DNA from: an uncultured virus (IMG/VR IMGVR_UViG_3300016464_000385)
Taxonomy: Duplodnaviria > Heunggongvirae > Uroviricota > Caudoviricetes
IMG/VR virus record: IMGVR_UViG_3300016464_000385
Length of the DNA stretch: 26,674 nt
Direction: 5' to 3' (one strand)
In this document: piece by piece, positions 16,598 to 23,978 of the stretch
Numbering within the stretch: position 1 is the first letter of the stretch
Layout of the letters: each line of letters begins with the position of its first letter
Made by a program: the position numbers and the translations under genes
The notes under the pieces: generated by a model
The model's database searches: none
What the model saw: the letters and a program-made list of their open reading frames with translations, nothing else
What the model was told of the DNA's origin: nothing

Positions 16598-16606
16598 GAG
16601 GTAATT

Positions 16607-18028
16607 ATGAACGCATTTGTAAACGCTGTTAAAAATCAAGAAGCTTTTACCGAAAATGGTATGAAGGCTCGTAAAAATACTGCAAACGCCGTTGTTGATC
16701 TATTTTATAAAGTTGGTGCTTCTCGCGGTAAGAATATTGTTCCTGACTTTACCGCTGCTTTTGTAGAAAATCCAGAACTAGCAATTCGAGTAGCTCTTTG
16801 GGCTCGCGACGTTCGTGGTGGGGCAGGTGAACGCGAAGTTTTTCGTCAAATTTTACTATATCTAGAAACCACTAATCCAAAATTAGTAGAAAAGATTCTC
16901 CCAAAAGTTCCTGAATTGGGTCGTTGGGATGACCTTCTAACTTTTAAGTCAGATTTCCGTTGGAAGGCATATGACTTTGTTAAGGATGCTATTTCTGCTA
17001 AGAATGGTTTATGCGCAAAATGGATGCCTCGTAAGGGCGAAGTTGCGGTAGAACTTCGTAATGCTCTAGGAATGTCGCCTAAACAATATCGTAAGACTTT
17101 AGTTAATTTAACTAAGGTTGTAGAAACTCAAATGTGCGCTAAAGATTGGAATAACATTAATTTCAGTCATGTTCCATCTGTGGCTTCTGCTAGATATAAG
17201 AAGGCTTTCTGGCGTAATGCTAAGGATACTTATGAATCTTATGTTGCTTCTCTTGTAAAAGGTGACAATCCAAAAGTTAAGGTTAATGCAGGAGCGGTTT
17301 ATCCATATGATGTACTGAAGGGTCTTTCAATTACATCAAGAAGTTATAACAAAACTCAACTTGATCTAATAGTCAAGCAATGGGAAGCTCTTCCTAATTA
17401 TGTTGGAGATGCTAGTATTCTACCTTTGGTTGATGTATCTGGTTCTATGATGTGTAAAGCGGGTGGAGCAGTTTCTAAAAGCGAAACTTCTTGTTTAGAT
17501 GTAGCTGTTTCTCTAGGTTTATATCTAGCAGAAAAGAATACTGGAGATTTTAAGGATACTTTCTTGACTTTTTCTAGTAATCCGGAATTATTACATCTAA
17601 AGGGTAATGTTGTGGATAAAATGAATCAGATGGTAACATCTGATTGGGGAATGTCTACTGATTTACATGCGGCTATGGATAAAATCTTACAAACTGCTGT
17701 AAATGGTAAAGTTTCTGGAGATGAAATGCCAAAAATACTATTGATCCTATCTGATATGCAGTTCAATCAATGCACTAGATTTAATGATTCTGCATATGAA
17801 ATGATCTCTCGTAAGTTTGAAAACGCAGGATATAATATGCCTAACATTGTTTTTTGGAATTTGAACGCGAAAGATAATGTTCCTGTTAAGTATGATACTA
17901 GCGGTGTATCATTAGTATCTGGATTCAGTCCATCTATAGTAAAAGCTATTCTATCTGCGGATACTAAAGACTTTACTCCAGAAGCAATTTGTCTAAAAAC
18001 GATTATGAATACACGTTACGACTTTTAA
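16607..18028 (+). CDS. DUF2828 helical domain plus C-terminal vWA protein (Ro60/TROVE-like architecture)
   Basis: TENG, RDVRGGAGER, GRWDDL, AKWMPR; MIDAS DVSGSM, ILSDMQF, IVFWNL, VSGFSP. Confidence 0.85.
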   Translation: MNAFVNAVKNQEAFTENGMKARKNTANAVVDLFYKVGASRGKNIVPDFTAAFVENPELAIRVALWARDVRGGAGEREVFRQILLYLETTNPKLVEKILPKVPELGRWDDLLTFKSDFRWKAYDFVKDAISAKNGLCAKWMPRKGEVAVELRNALGMSPKQYRKTLVNLTKVVETQMCAKDWNNINFSHVPSVASARYKKAFWRNAKDTYESYVASLVKGDNPKVKVNAGAVYPYDVLKGLSITSRSYNKTQLDLIVKQWEALPNYVGDASILPLVDVSGSMMCKAGGAVSKSETSCLDVAVSLGLYLAEKNTGDFKDTFLTFSSNPELLHLKGNVVDKMNQMVTSDWGMSTDLHAAMDKILQTAVNGKVSGDEMPKILLILSDMQFNQCTRFNDSAYEMISRKFENAGYNMPNIVFWNLNAKDNVPVKYDTSGVSLVSGFSPSIVKAILSADTKDFTPEAICLKTIMNTRYDF

Positions 18029-18032
18029 TTTA

Positions 18033-18057
18033 AGGAGAGTTTCGGCTCTCCATTTAA
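18033..18057 (+). terminator. Hairpin (weak terminator or processing site)
   Basis: GGAGAGT-TTCG-GCTCTCC followed by ATTT. Confidence 0.55.
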
Positions 18058-18071
18058 AATATTACTATATA

Positions 18072-18134
18072 AGGATACATTCAGCAAACCAAAAACACCA
18101 GACTCCTAATCTGAAACGTTAAACGTATCCTGTT
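18072..18134 (+). ncRNA. Y-RNA-like element (family A, copy 8) with Arg(CCT) anticodon stem-loop
   Basis: AGGATAC-ATTCAGCAA; CAGA-CTCCTAA-TCTG; GTATCCT-GTT. Confidence 0.72.
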
Positions 18135-18150
18135 AATTTTGAGGTAAATT

Positions 18151-18756
18151 ATGAAAGAAAATCTAACTGAAATTGTTGTAATTATTGATGCTTCTGGTTC
18201 TATGCATAATTTTTCTTCTGATACCATCGGAGGATTTAATGCTTTTATAGAGGAACAAAAGAAACTTCCTGGAGAAGCTAATATCACTTTAGCTACATTT
18301 AACGGCGTTGACCCTAATAATATTATATTTGATGGAGTAAATATACAAGATTGTCCTGGATTAAGTTCGGATAGTTATAAGCCAGATGGTATGACTCCGC
18401 TTTATGATGCTGTAGGAAATACTATTTCTGTAGTCGGAAAACGATTGGCTCAAATCCCGGAAGAAGAACGGCCATCTAAAGTTCTATTCTTGATTACTAC
18501 AGATGGTTTAGAAAATTGCAGTAAAGATTATACTAGAGAAAAAATTAAGAGTATGATTTATCATCAAAAGACTAAGTATAATTGGGAGTTTGTATTTACT
18601 GGGGCTAATATTGATTCTGCTTCTGTAGCTGATTCTATGAATATTTCATCTTCTGTAAATTACGATCAAAATAATACTTCTAATTTATATAGAGATGTAT
18701 TTAATACAGTTGCTTCTTCTTTCAGAGCAACTGGAAAATTAACTGTGAACGATTGA
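18151..18756 (+). CDS. Stand-alone vWA domain protein
   Basis: IIDASGSM MIDAS, GMTPLYDAVG, ITTDGLEN, WEFVFTGAN. Confidence 0.9.
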   Translation: MKENLTEIVVIIDASGSMHNFSSDTIGGFNAFIEEQKKLPGEANITLATFNGVDPNNIIFDGVNIQDCPGLSSDSYKPDGMTPLYDAVGNTISVVGKRLAQIPEEERPSKVLFLITTDGLENCSKDYTREKIKSMIYHQKTKYNWEFVFTGANIDSASVADSMNISSSVNYDQNNTSNLYRDVFNTVASSFRATGKLTVND

Positions 18757-18790
18757 ATAAATTACTAAATACTTTAATTTAAGGTAATAT

Positions 18791-19186
18791 ATGAAGTCGT
18801 ATAAAAATTTTATAGAAGAAAATATTAATGAACCTAAATTTGGCGATAGCCAATCTTTAAGAGCAGTCAAAAACGCTCGAAAAATAATTGATAAAATGAA
18901 ACAAGAATATAAAGATGGTAAGATTGATTTACCCACTCTTCAACATTCAACTAAACATATAACGCACGCGATTAATTTTGCAGATCAATTTAAAGATGAT
19001 CCTCAATGGAACGATTTAATGCGTAATCATATTGATGGTACAAAATATGTTATAGATAGAACGTTGGAGAGAGGATCTAAATCTTTAAATGTTGATATGG
19101 CAAAACATGCTAAAAAACATTTAACTGATTTACTATATTCCATCGAAGATTATTTTGTCCATGATCAATCTCATCAATATAGATAG
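18791..19186 (+). CDS. Putative internal head protein
   Basis: N-terminus MKSYKNFIEE resembles the T4 capsid-targeting sequence; ACTAAATA late-like promoter upstream. Confidence 0.55.
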   Translation: MKSYKNFIEENINEPKFGDSQSLRAVKNARKIIDKMKQEYKDGKIDLPTLQHSTKHITHAINFADQFKDDPQWNDLMRNHIDGTKYVIDRTLERGSKSLNVDMAKHAKKHLTDLLYSIEDYFVHDQSHQYR

Positions 19187-19234
19187 AATAAAAAGCTTTA
19201 CTTTTTTCTGATATATAGTATAATATATTAAATC

Positions 19235-19269
19235 GCGGGTATCGTATAATGGTTATTACCTCTGCCTTC
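19235..19269 (+). pseudogene. 5' half of tRNA-Gly broken within the anticodon
   Basis: GCGGGTA-TC-GTATAATGGTTATTAC-C-TCTGC-CTTC then unrelated AT-rich sequence. Confidence 0.75.
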
Positions 19270-19300
19270 ACATTTATATAAATACAAATAAGAGGACTAT

Positions 19301-19804
19301 ATGTTTTATTACTTGTATCAAATAAGAAATAATGTGAATGGAAAAATATATATTGGGGTCCATAAAACCAATGACTTAAATGATGGATATATGGGTTCCG
19401 GTAAACGCTTACATGATGCATATAAGCACCACGGAATAGAAAATTTTACCAAAACTATTTTGGAGGAATTTAATAATTCTGATGAGATGTATGCTAGAGA
19501 AAAACAAATAGTCACCGAAGAGTTTTTAAATAGAAACGATACCTATAACCTTCGAAGAGGCGGGACCGGAGGATTTGATTTTATCAATAATTCTGGGATT
19601 CAAAAATTCAAAGGAAAATCGCATTCTGTTGAATCCAGGTCATTAATGGGCCATCCGGGGAATAACCACGCCGTTGGAAATACTGGTGGCAAAAAGAACA
19701 AAGGGAAAAAGAGAGAGCGTATAGAATGCCCACATTGCCACAAAATATGTGGGGTAAATATGATAGTAAGACATCATTTAGATAAGTGTAAAATGCGGGT
19801 ATAA
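19301..19804 (+). mobile_element. GIY-YIG (Seg-like) homing endonuclease
   Basis: YLYQIRNNVNGKIYIGVHKT...YMGSG; C-terminal CPHC..HHLDKC; TATAAATA at 19277-19284. Confidence 0.9.
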
Positions 19805-19869
19805 CTCAGCGGTAGAGTGTCAGCCTTCCAAGCTGTTCGTCGTCGGTTCGATTCCGATTACCCGCTCCA
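19795..19869 (+). tRNA. tRNA-Gly(TCC)
   Basis: Cloverleaf, loop CTTCCAA, U73, CCA. Confidence 0.93.
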
Positions 19870-19880
19870 ATTTTAATTTA

Positions 19881-19965
19881 GGGGATATGGTGAAATTGGT
19901 AAACATAGCAGACTTAAAATCTGCCGCCGAAAGGCTTGTCGGTTCGATTCCGACTATCCCCACCA
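19881..19965 (+). tRNA. tRNA-Leu(TAA)
   Basis: Loop CTTAAAA, variable arm, CCA. Confidence 0.95.
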
Positions 19966-19976
19966 AGTTTTAAACT

Positions 19977-20053
19977 GGGCCTCTAGCTCAATTGGTTAGA
20001 GCATCCGACTCATAATCGGCAGGTTTACGGTTCAAGTCCGTAGTGGCCCACCA
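19977..20053 (+). tRNA. tRNA-Ile2(CAT), lysidine type
   Basis: GGGCCTC start and GACTCATAATC arm as in ileX-type tRNAs. Confidence 0.85.
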
Positions 20054-20088
20054 AACAACGACTATTTGAGTTTAATTGATGATTAAAT

Positions 20089-20165
20089 GCGGCTGTAGCT
20101 CAGTGGATTAGAGCAACGAGCTTCTACCTCGTTAGTCGGGGGTTCGAGTCCCTCCAGCCGCGCCA
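20089..20165 (+). tRNA. tRNA-Arg(TCT)
   Basis: Cloverleaf, loop CTTCTAC, CCA. Confidence 0.95.
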
Positions 20166-20267
20166 TTATGTATAAACTGTTTTGTATAGATAATTCAGAA
20201 AATATATTATAAAATTTATTTTCTATAAATACGTTTATATTATTACAATTAAACCGGAGGTAAATTA

Positions 20268-21242
20268 ATGAAAACGTTTAAGGATTTTTATACAACTCTA
20301 TTAGAAAACATAAAATGGAATGCCCCAGACACTCTTGAAGGAATCGAACAAGTTCTTTCTCTGACACCAACCTCAGACCGTTCAAAAATAAATGAACCAC
20401 ATTTTGAACATAATCATCATGTTGCACTATTAGCTCTAGATCCTGCAAAACATGGAAGAGATAAAGTTGAAGAAATTTTAAGAAGACATCACAATCATTC
20501 TAATAGTTGGATCAGAAGAGCCGTAGCAAAACACCCACATATAGAACAATTCCCTGATCTTCATGACGCTTTGAAGAACGATAAAAATAAGGAAGTAGCA
20601 AGATTAGCTAATGCTCCTAGAAAGGGTACAACACCAAGAAGAACAACAGGTACAACAGGTACAACAGGTACAACTCCTTCTACAAAAACTTCTCTTCCTG
20701 ATTTTGAATATATTTCTCGACTTACAGGACATTCCGTTGAAGACCTAAAAAAAGCTCATGAAAATGAGCAAGCTAAAATGGCTGCCGAGAAAGCTGAAAA
20801 AGATAACCAAGCTGCTCTTGCTGCTCATCACGAAAAGCATAAGAATGCAATTAATGCTCTAAGAGACGCAGGTTTACACGATATGGCTAATGATCTCGAG
20901 AAAAAAGGACCTGGTCCTTTACCCGCAGCTCCTGCTTCAGCTCCTGCTTCAGCTCCTGCTTCAGCTCCTGCTTCAGCTCCTGCTTCAGCTCCTAGAAAAC
21001 GTTCTGCAAAACGTTCTGCAAAACCTGTTTTTACAACAAAAGAAGAAACTCCTACTGACGAACATGAAGCAATTACTCATGTTTATAAAAACGGAGAGCA
21101 CGTAGGTACTGTAAAAACTCCTAGGAATAAAAAACAGCCGCATCAAATATTTAATCCTGACGGCACACCAACCGAAAGTAAATTTGGTAGAGGAGAGCTT
21201 AATCATAAAGATGTTATTTCTATTTTGAAAGACCAGGATTAA
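20268..21242 (+). CDS. Putative internal head protein with low-complexity linkers
   Basis: MKTFKDFYTTLLE N-terminus; TATAAATA and GGAGG upstream. Confidence 0.6.
   Translation: MKTFKDFYTTLLENIKWNAPDTLEGIEQVLSLTPTSDRSKINEPHFEHNHHVALLALDPAKHGRDKVEEILRRHHNHSNSWIRRAVAKHPHIEQFPDLHDALKNDKNKEVARLANAPRKGTTPRRTTGTTGTTGTTPSTKTSLPDFEYISRLTGHSVEDLKKAHENEQAKMAAEKAEKDNQAALAAHHEKHKNAINALRDAGLHDMANDLEKKGPGPLPAAPASAPASAPASAPASAPASAPRKRSAKRSAKPVFTTKEETPTDEHEAITHVYKNGEHVGTVKTPRNKKQPHQIFNPDGTPTESKFGRGELNHKDVISILKDQD
20928..20993 (+). repeat. 12-bp tandem repeat GCTCCTGCTTCA x5.5 (APAS linker)
   Basis: Exact in-frame repeats. Confidence 0.95.
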
Positions 21243-21265
21243 TATTTTTTATATTAAATAAATGT

Positions 21266-21292
21266 AAAGCGGGATTAATTTCCCGCTTTTTT
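21266..21292 (+). terminator. Intrinsic terminator
   Basis: AAAGCGGGA-TTAATT-TCCCGCTTT plus T-run. Confidence 0.8.
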
Positions 21293-21305
21293 ATGGAGAA
21301 TATAT

Positions 21306-21923
21306 ATGAAAGTGAATATCGGCCCTTATAAAAATTGGATTGGTCCTTATCAAATAGCTCAATCTTTTTCGTTTTTGCCCATTTTAGAAAGAGATAGAGA
21401 AGCTTTTGGAGATTGGTTATCAAAAACTTGGGTTGACAAATTTTGTAATTGGGTTTATAATAAGTCTAATAGAAAAATTAAAGTTAAACTAGATTATTGG
21501 GATCATTGGAACGCAGATGAGACTATGGCGATTGTAATTCTTCCTCTATTAAAAGCCCTTAAAATACATAAACATGGCGCTGGAATGGTTGATGATGAAG
21601 ATGTTCCGGAGGAATTAAGATCTATTTCTGCTCCGGTCAAAGAAAATGAATGGGATATTGACGATAACCATTTTAAAAGATATGATTGGATGTTAAATGA
21701 AGTAATCTGGGCTTTTGAGCAATTACAACCAGGTAATGATTGGGAAGATCAATATTATACAACTATTGATTCTAAAGAAAAAAGAACAGATATGGATGAT
21801 TTATTGGATTTACCTAAAGGAAAATTTATAGATTATGATAGAGATGGATATATGGAACATTCTAAGCGTATAGATCGCGCATTAGTAATGTTTGGAAAAT
21901 ATTACAGAAGTTTTTGGGATTAA
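21306..21923 (+). CDS. Conserved hypothetical phage protein
   Basis: 205-aa ORF with GGAG RBS; Trp/Asp-rich, ends FGKYYRSFWD. Confidence 0.75.
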   Translation: MKVNIGPYKNWIGPYQIAQSFSFLPILERDREAFGDWLSKTWVDKFCNWVYNKSNRKIKVKLDYWDHWNADETMAIVILPLLKALKIHKHGAGMVDDEDVPEELRSISAPVKENEWDIDDNHFKRYDWMLNEVIWAFEQLQPGNDWEDQYYTTIDSKEKRTDMDDLLDLPKGKFIDYDRDGYMEHSKRIDRALVMFGKYYRSFWD

Positions 21924-21927
21924 AAGC

Positions 21928-21958
21928 TTTACTTTTATACAAAAATATAGTATAAATA
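21928..21958 (+). promoter_or_regulatory. Overlapping sigma70-like and T4 late promoters for pmoC
   Basis: TTTACT-N17-TATAAA, where the -10 box is also TATAAATA. Confidence 0.65.
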
Positions 21959-22035
21959 GTATTGTTGAATGAATTGAAGGGATTCAATTTACTGAAATGG
22001 ACTTTATTTTTATGTTAAACTAAGAGGTATATAAG

Positions 22036-22815
22036 ATGGCTAGTGTTGTAAAATCAGCTGCAGTAACTGCAGAAGCGCCAGTTCTAAATAAGTCCTGGCT
22101 AACGTTTGCTTTCATGGTTTACACCGTATTCTATATTTGGGTACGTTGGTATGAAGGCGTTTTTGGTTGGAGCGCGGGTCTTGATTCTTTTGCTCCAGAG
22201 TTTGAAACCTATTGGATGAACTTCCTATACACTGAAATTGTATTAGAAGTAACTACGGCTTCTATTCTTTGGGGTTATATTTGGAAATCAAGGGATCGTA
22301 ACCTTGCTGCAATCACTCCAAGAGAAGAACTTCGTCGTAATATGACTCACCTAATTTGGCTATTTGCTTATGCGAATGCTATTTACTGGGGAGCCTCTTA
22401 TTTCACGGAACAAGACGGAACTTGGCATCAAACTATTGTTCGTGATACTGACTTTACTCCAAGTCATATCATTGAATTCTACTTGACTTACCCAATCTAC
22501 ATCATTACTGGATTTGCTGCATTCCTATATGCTAAGACCAGACTTCCTTACTTTGCTGAAGGTCTAAGTCTTCCATATCTAGTAACTGTTGTAGGGCCAT
22601 TTATGATTCTACCAAACGTAGGTCTAAATGAATGGGGTCACACCTTCTGGTTCATGGAGGAACTATTTGTTGCCCCTTTGCACTATGGGTTCGTGTTCTT
22701 TGGTTGGCTTGCTTTGGCTATTGCTGGTGTATTGCTACAGGTATTCTCATCTTTTGCTGGTCTGATTGGAGATCAAATTGTTGAGTCTGTAGACAAAGGC
22801 TTAGTAGCTAAGTAA
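22036..22815 (+). CDS. pmoC: Particulate methane monooxygenase subunit C
   Basis: GWSAGLDSFAPEFETYWMN, EQDGTWHQTIVRDTDFTPSHIIEFY, PNVGLNEWGHTFWFMEELFVAPLHYGFV. Confidence 0.97.
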   Translation: MASVVKSAAVTAEAPVLNKSWLTFAFMVYTVFYIWVRWYEGVFGWSAGLDSFAPEFETYWMNFLYTEIVLEVTTASILWGYIWKSRDRNLAAITPREELRRNMTHLIWLFAYANAIYWGASYFTEQDGTWHQTIVRDTDFTPSHIIEFYLTYPIYIITGFAAFLYAKTRLPYFAEGLSLPYLVTVVGPFMILPNVGLNEWGHTFWFMEELFVAPLHYGFVFFGWLALAIAGVLLQVFSSFAGLIGDQIVESVDKGLVAK

Positions 22816-22836
22816 ACAGTTACGTCAATAGTAACG

Positions 22837-22861
22837 AAAGGGGACTTCGGTCCCCTTTTTT
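22837..22861 (+). terminator. Intrinsic terminator after pmoC
   Basis: AAAGGGGAC-TTCG-GTCCCCTTT plus T-run. Confidence 0.9.
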
Positions 22862-22866
22862 ATTGC

Positions 22867-22924
22867 TTGACTTTTATAGAAATTTAAGTATACTATATAC
22901 AAGTAAGAAGGATAGACCTTCTTA
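22867..22924 (+). promoter_or_regulatory. Sigma70-like promoter plus leader palindrome of the NAD operon
   Basis: TTGACT-N16-TATACT; TAAGAAGG-ATAGA-CCTTCTTA at 22904-22924. Confidence 0.6.
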
Positions 22925-22952
22925 TATCAATAAAAACATAGGAGTTATGTTT

Positions 22953-23978
22953 ATGAAGAAAAAATATGATATCGCCGTCTTTATTGGACGATTCCAACCT
23001 CTCCATAATGCTCATCTTGAAATTATTAAAAAAGCCTCAGAAATATCTGATAAAGTTATTTTGATTATTGGATCGGCTTTTCAACCCAGAACTTATAAAA
23101 ATCCTTTTACTGAACACGATAGGCTAGTAATGCTTAAAGTGATTTGTGATGAACACAAAATAAAAAATGTAATAATTGATTATACTACTGACTCTATCTA
23201 TAATGATCAGGCTTGGGCAATTCGAATTCAAAGAATTGTTGATGGATATTCTAATAATAAAATTAATAAAATTGCTATTTTTGGTCATGACAAAGATGAT
23301 TCTACTTTTTATCTAAGTATGTTTCCTCAATGGCAAAGAGAACATATTGATCTAATTGAACCTTTACATTCTACTGATATTAGAGATCTTTATTTCCGCA
23401 ACGATGTTAATATGAATTTTATTAAGGGAGTAGTTCCTAGTTATACCTTCAAATTTCTGGAAGATTTCAAAAATAGAAGTGAATATTTACAAATTATAAA
23501 AGAAAGGGAGTTTATCGAATCATATAAAAAACAATATGAATGTTTACCTTATCCACCAGTATTCGTAACAACCGATACAGTTGTAATTCAATCGGGTCAT
23601 GTTCTTATGGTAAAACGTAGAGCAGAACCAGGAAAAGGTCTTTGGGCATTACCTGGAGGGTTTCTGGATGTTAATAATGATAAGAGTATGGTTTCGTGTG
23701 CAATTAGAGAACTAAAAGAAGAAACTGGAATTAAAGTTCCTGTTCCTGTATTGATTGGTAGTATTAAAGAGAATAAAGTATTCGATGCTATTAATAGATC
23801 AGCAAGGGGAAGAACTATTACTCATGCGTTTTATATTCAATTACCTGATGGAGAACTACCTAAAGTAAAAGGTCAAGATGACGCAGAAAAGGCGTCTTGG
23901 ATTCATATTGCTCATTTGGATTCTAGTGAAGTGTTTGAAGATCATTATGAAATCATTCAGACTTTTGTAGGAGCATGA
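22953..23978 (+). CDS. nadM: Bifunctional NMN adenylyltransferase / Nudix ADP-ribose pyrophosphatase
   Basis: FIGRFQPLHNAH; Nudix box GGFLD..AIRELKEETG; AGGAG RBS before ATG 22953. Confidence 0.95.
   Translation: MKKKYDIAVFIGRFQPLHNAHLEIIKKASEISDKVILIIGSAFQPRTYKNPFTEHDRLVMLKVICDEHKIKNVIIDYTTDSIYNDQAWAIRIQRIVDGYSNNKINKIAIFGHDKDDSTFYLSMFPQWQREHIDLIEPLHSTDIRDLYFRNDVNMNFIKGVVPSYTFKFLEDFKNRSEYLQIIKEREFIESYKKQYECLPYPPVFVTTDTVVIQSGHVLMVKRRAEPGKGLWALPGGFLDVNNDKSMVSCAIRELKEETGIKVPVPVLIGSIKENKVFDAINRSARGRTITHAFYIQLPDGELPKVKGQDDAEKASWIHIAHLDSSEVFEDHYEIIQTFVGA

Noticed and set aside
19235..19275. Opal suppressor or Sec tRNA (loop reads CT-TCA-CA)
   Set aside because: No 3' anticodon strand or T arm follows. 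It is a truncated Gly 5' half. Genes such as nadM appear to use TGA as stop.
19270..19794. Group I intron in tRNA-Gly
   Set aside because: The insert is almost entirely ORF with no room for a ribozyme core, and a full tRNA follows.
22036..22815. Host contamination or amoC
   Set aside because: The gene is AT-rich with phage-style promoter and terminator and phage neighbours. The motifs (GWSAGLDSFAPEF, APLHYGF) look pmoC-type, pending phylogeny.
22863..22952. Track start for nadM (also 12172 and 13890 starts for their ORFs)
   Set aside because: These upstream TTG/GTG starts overlap promoters or RBSs. Downstream ATGs at 22953, 12184 and 13914 have proper Shine-Dalgarno spacing.
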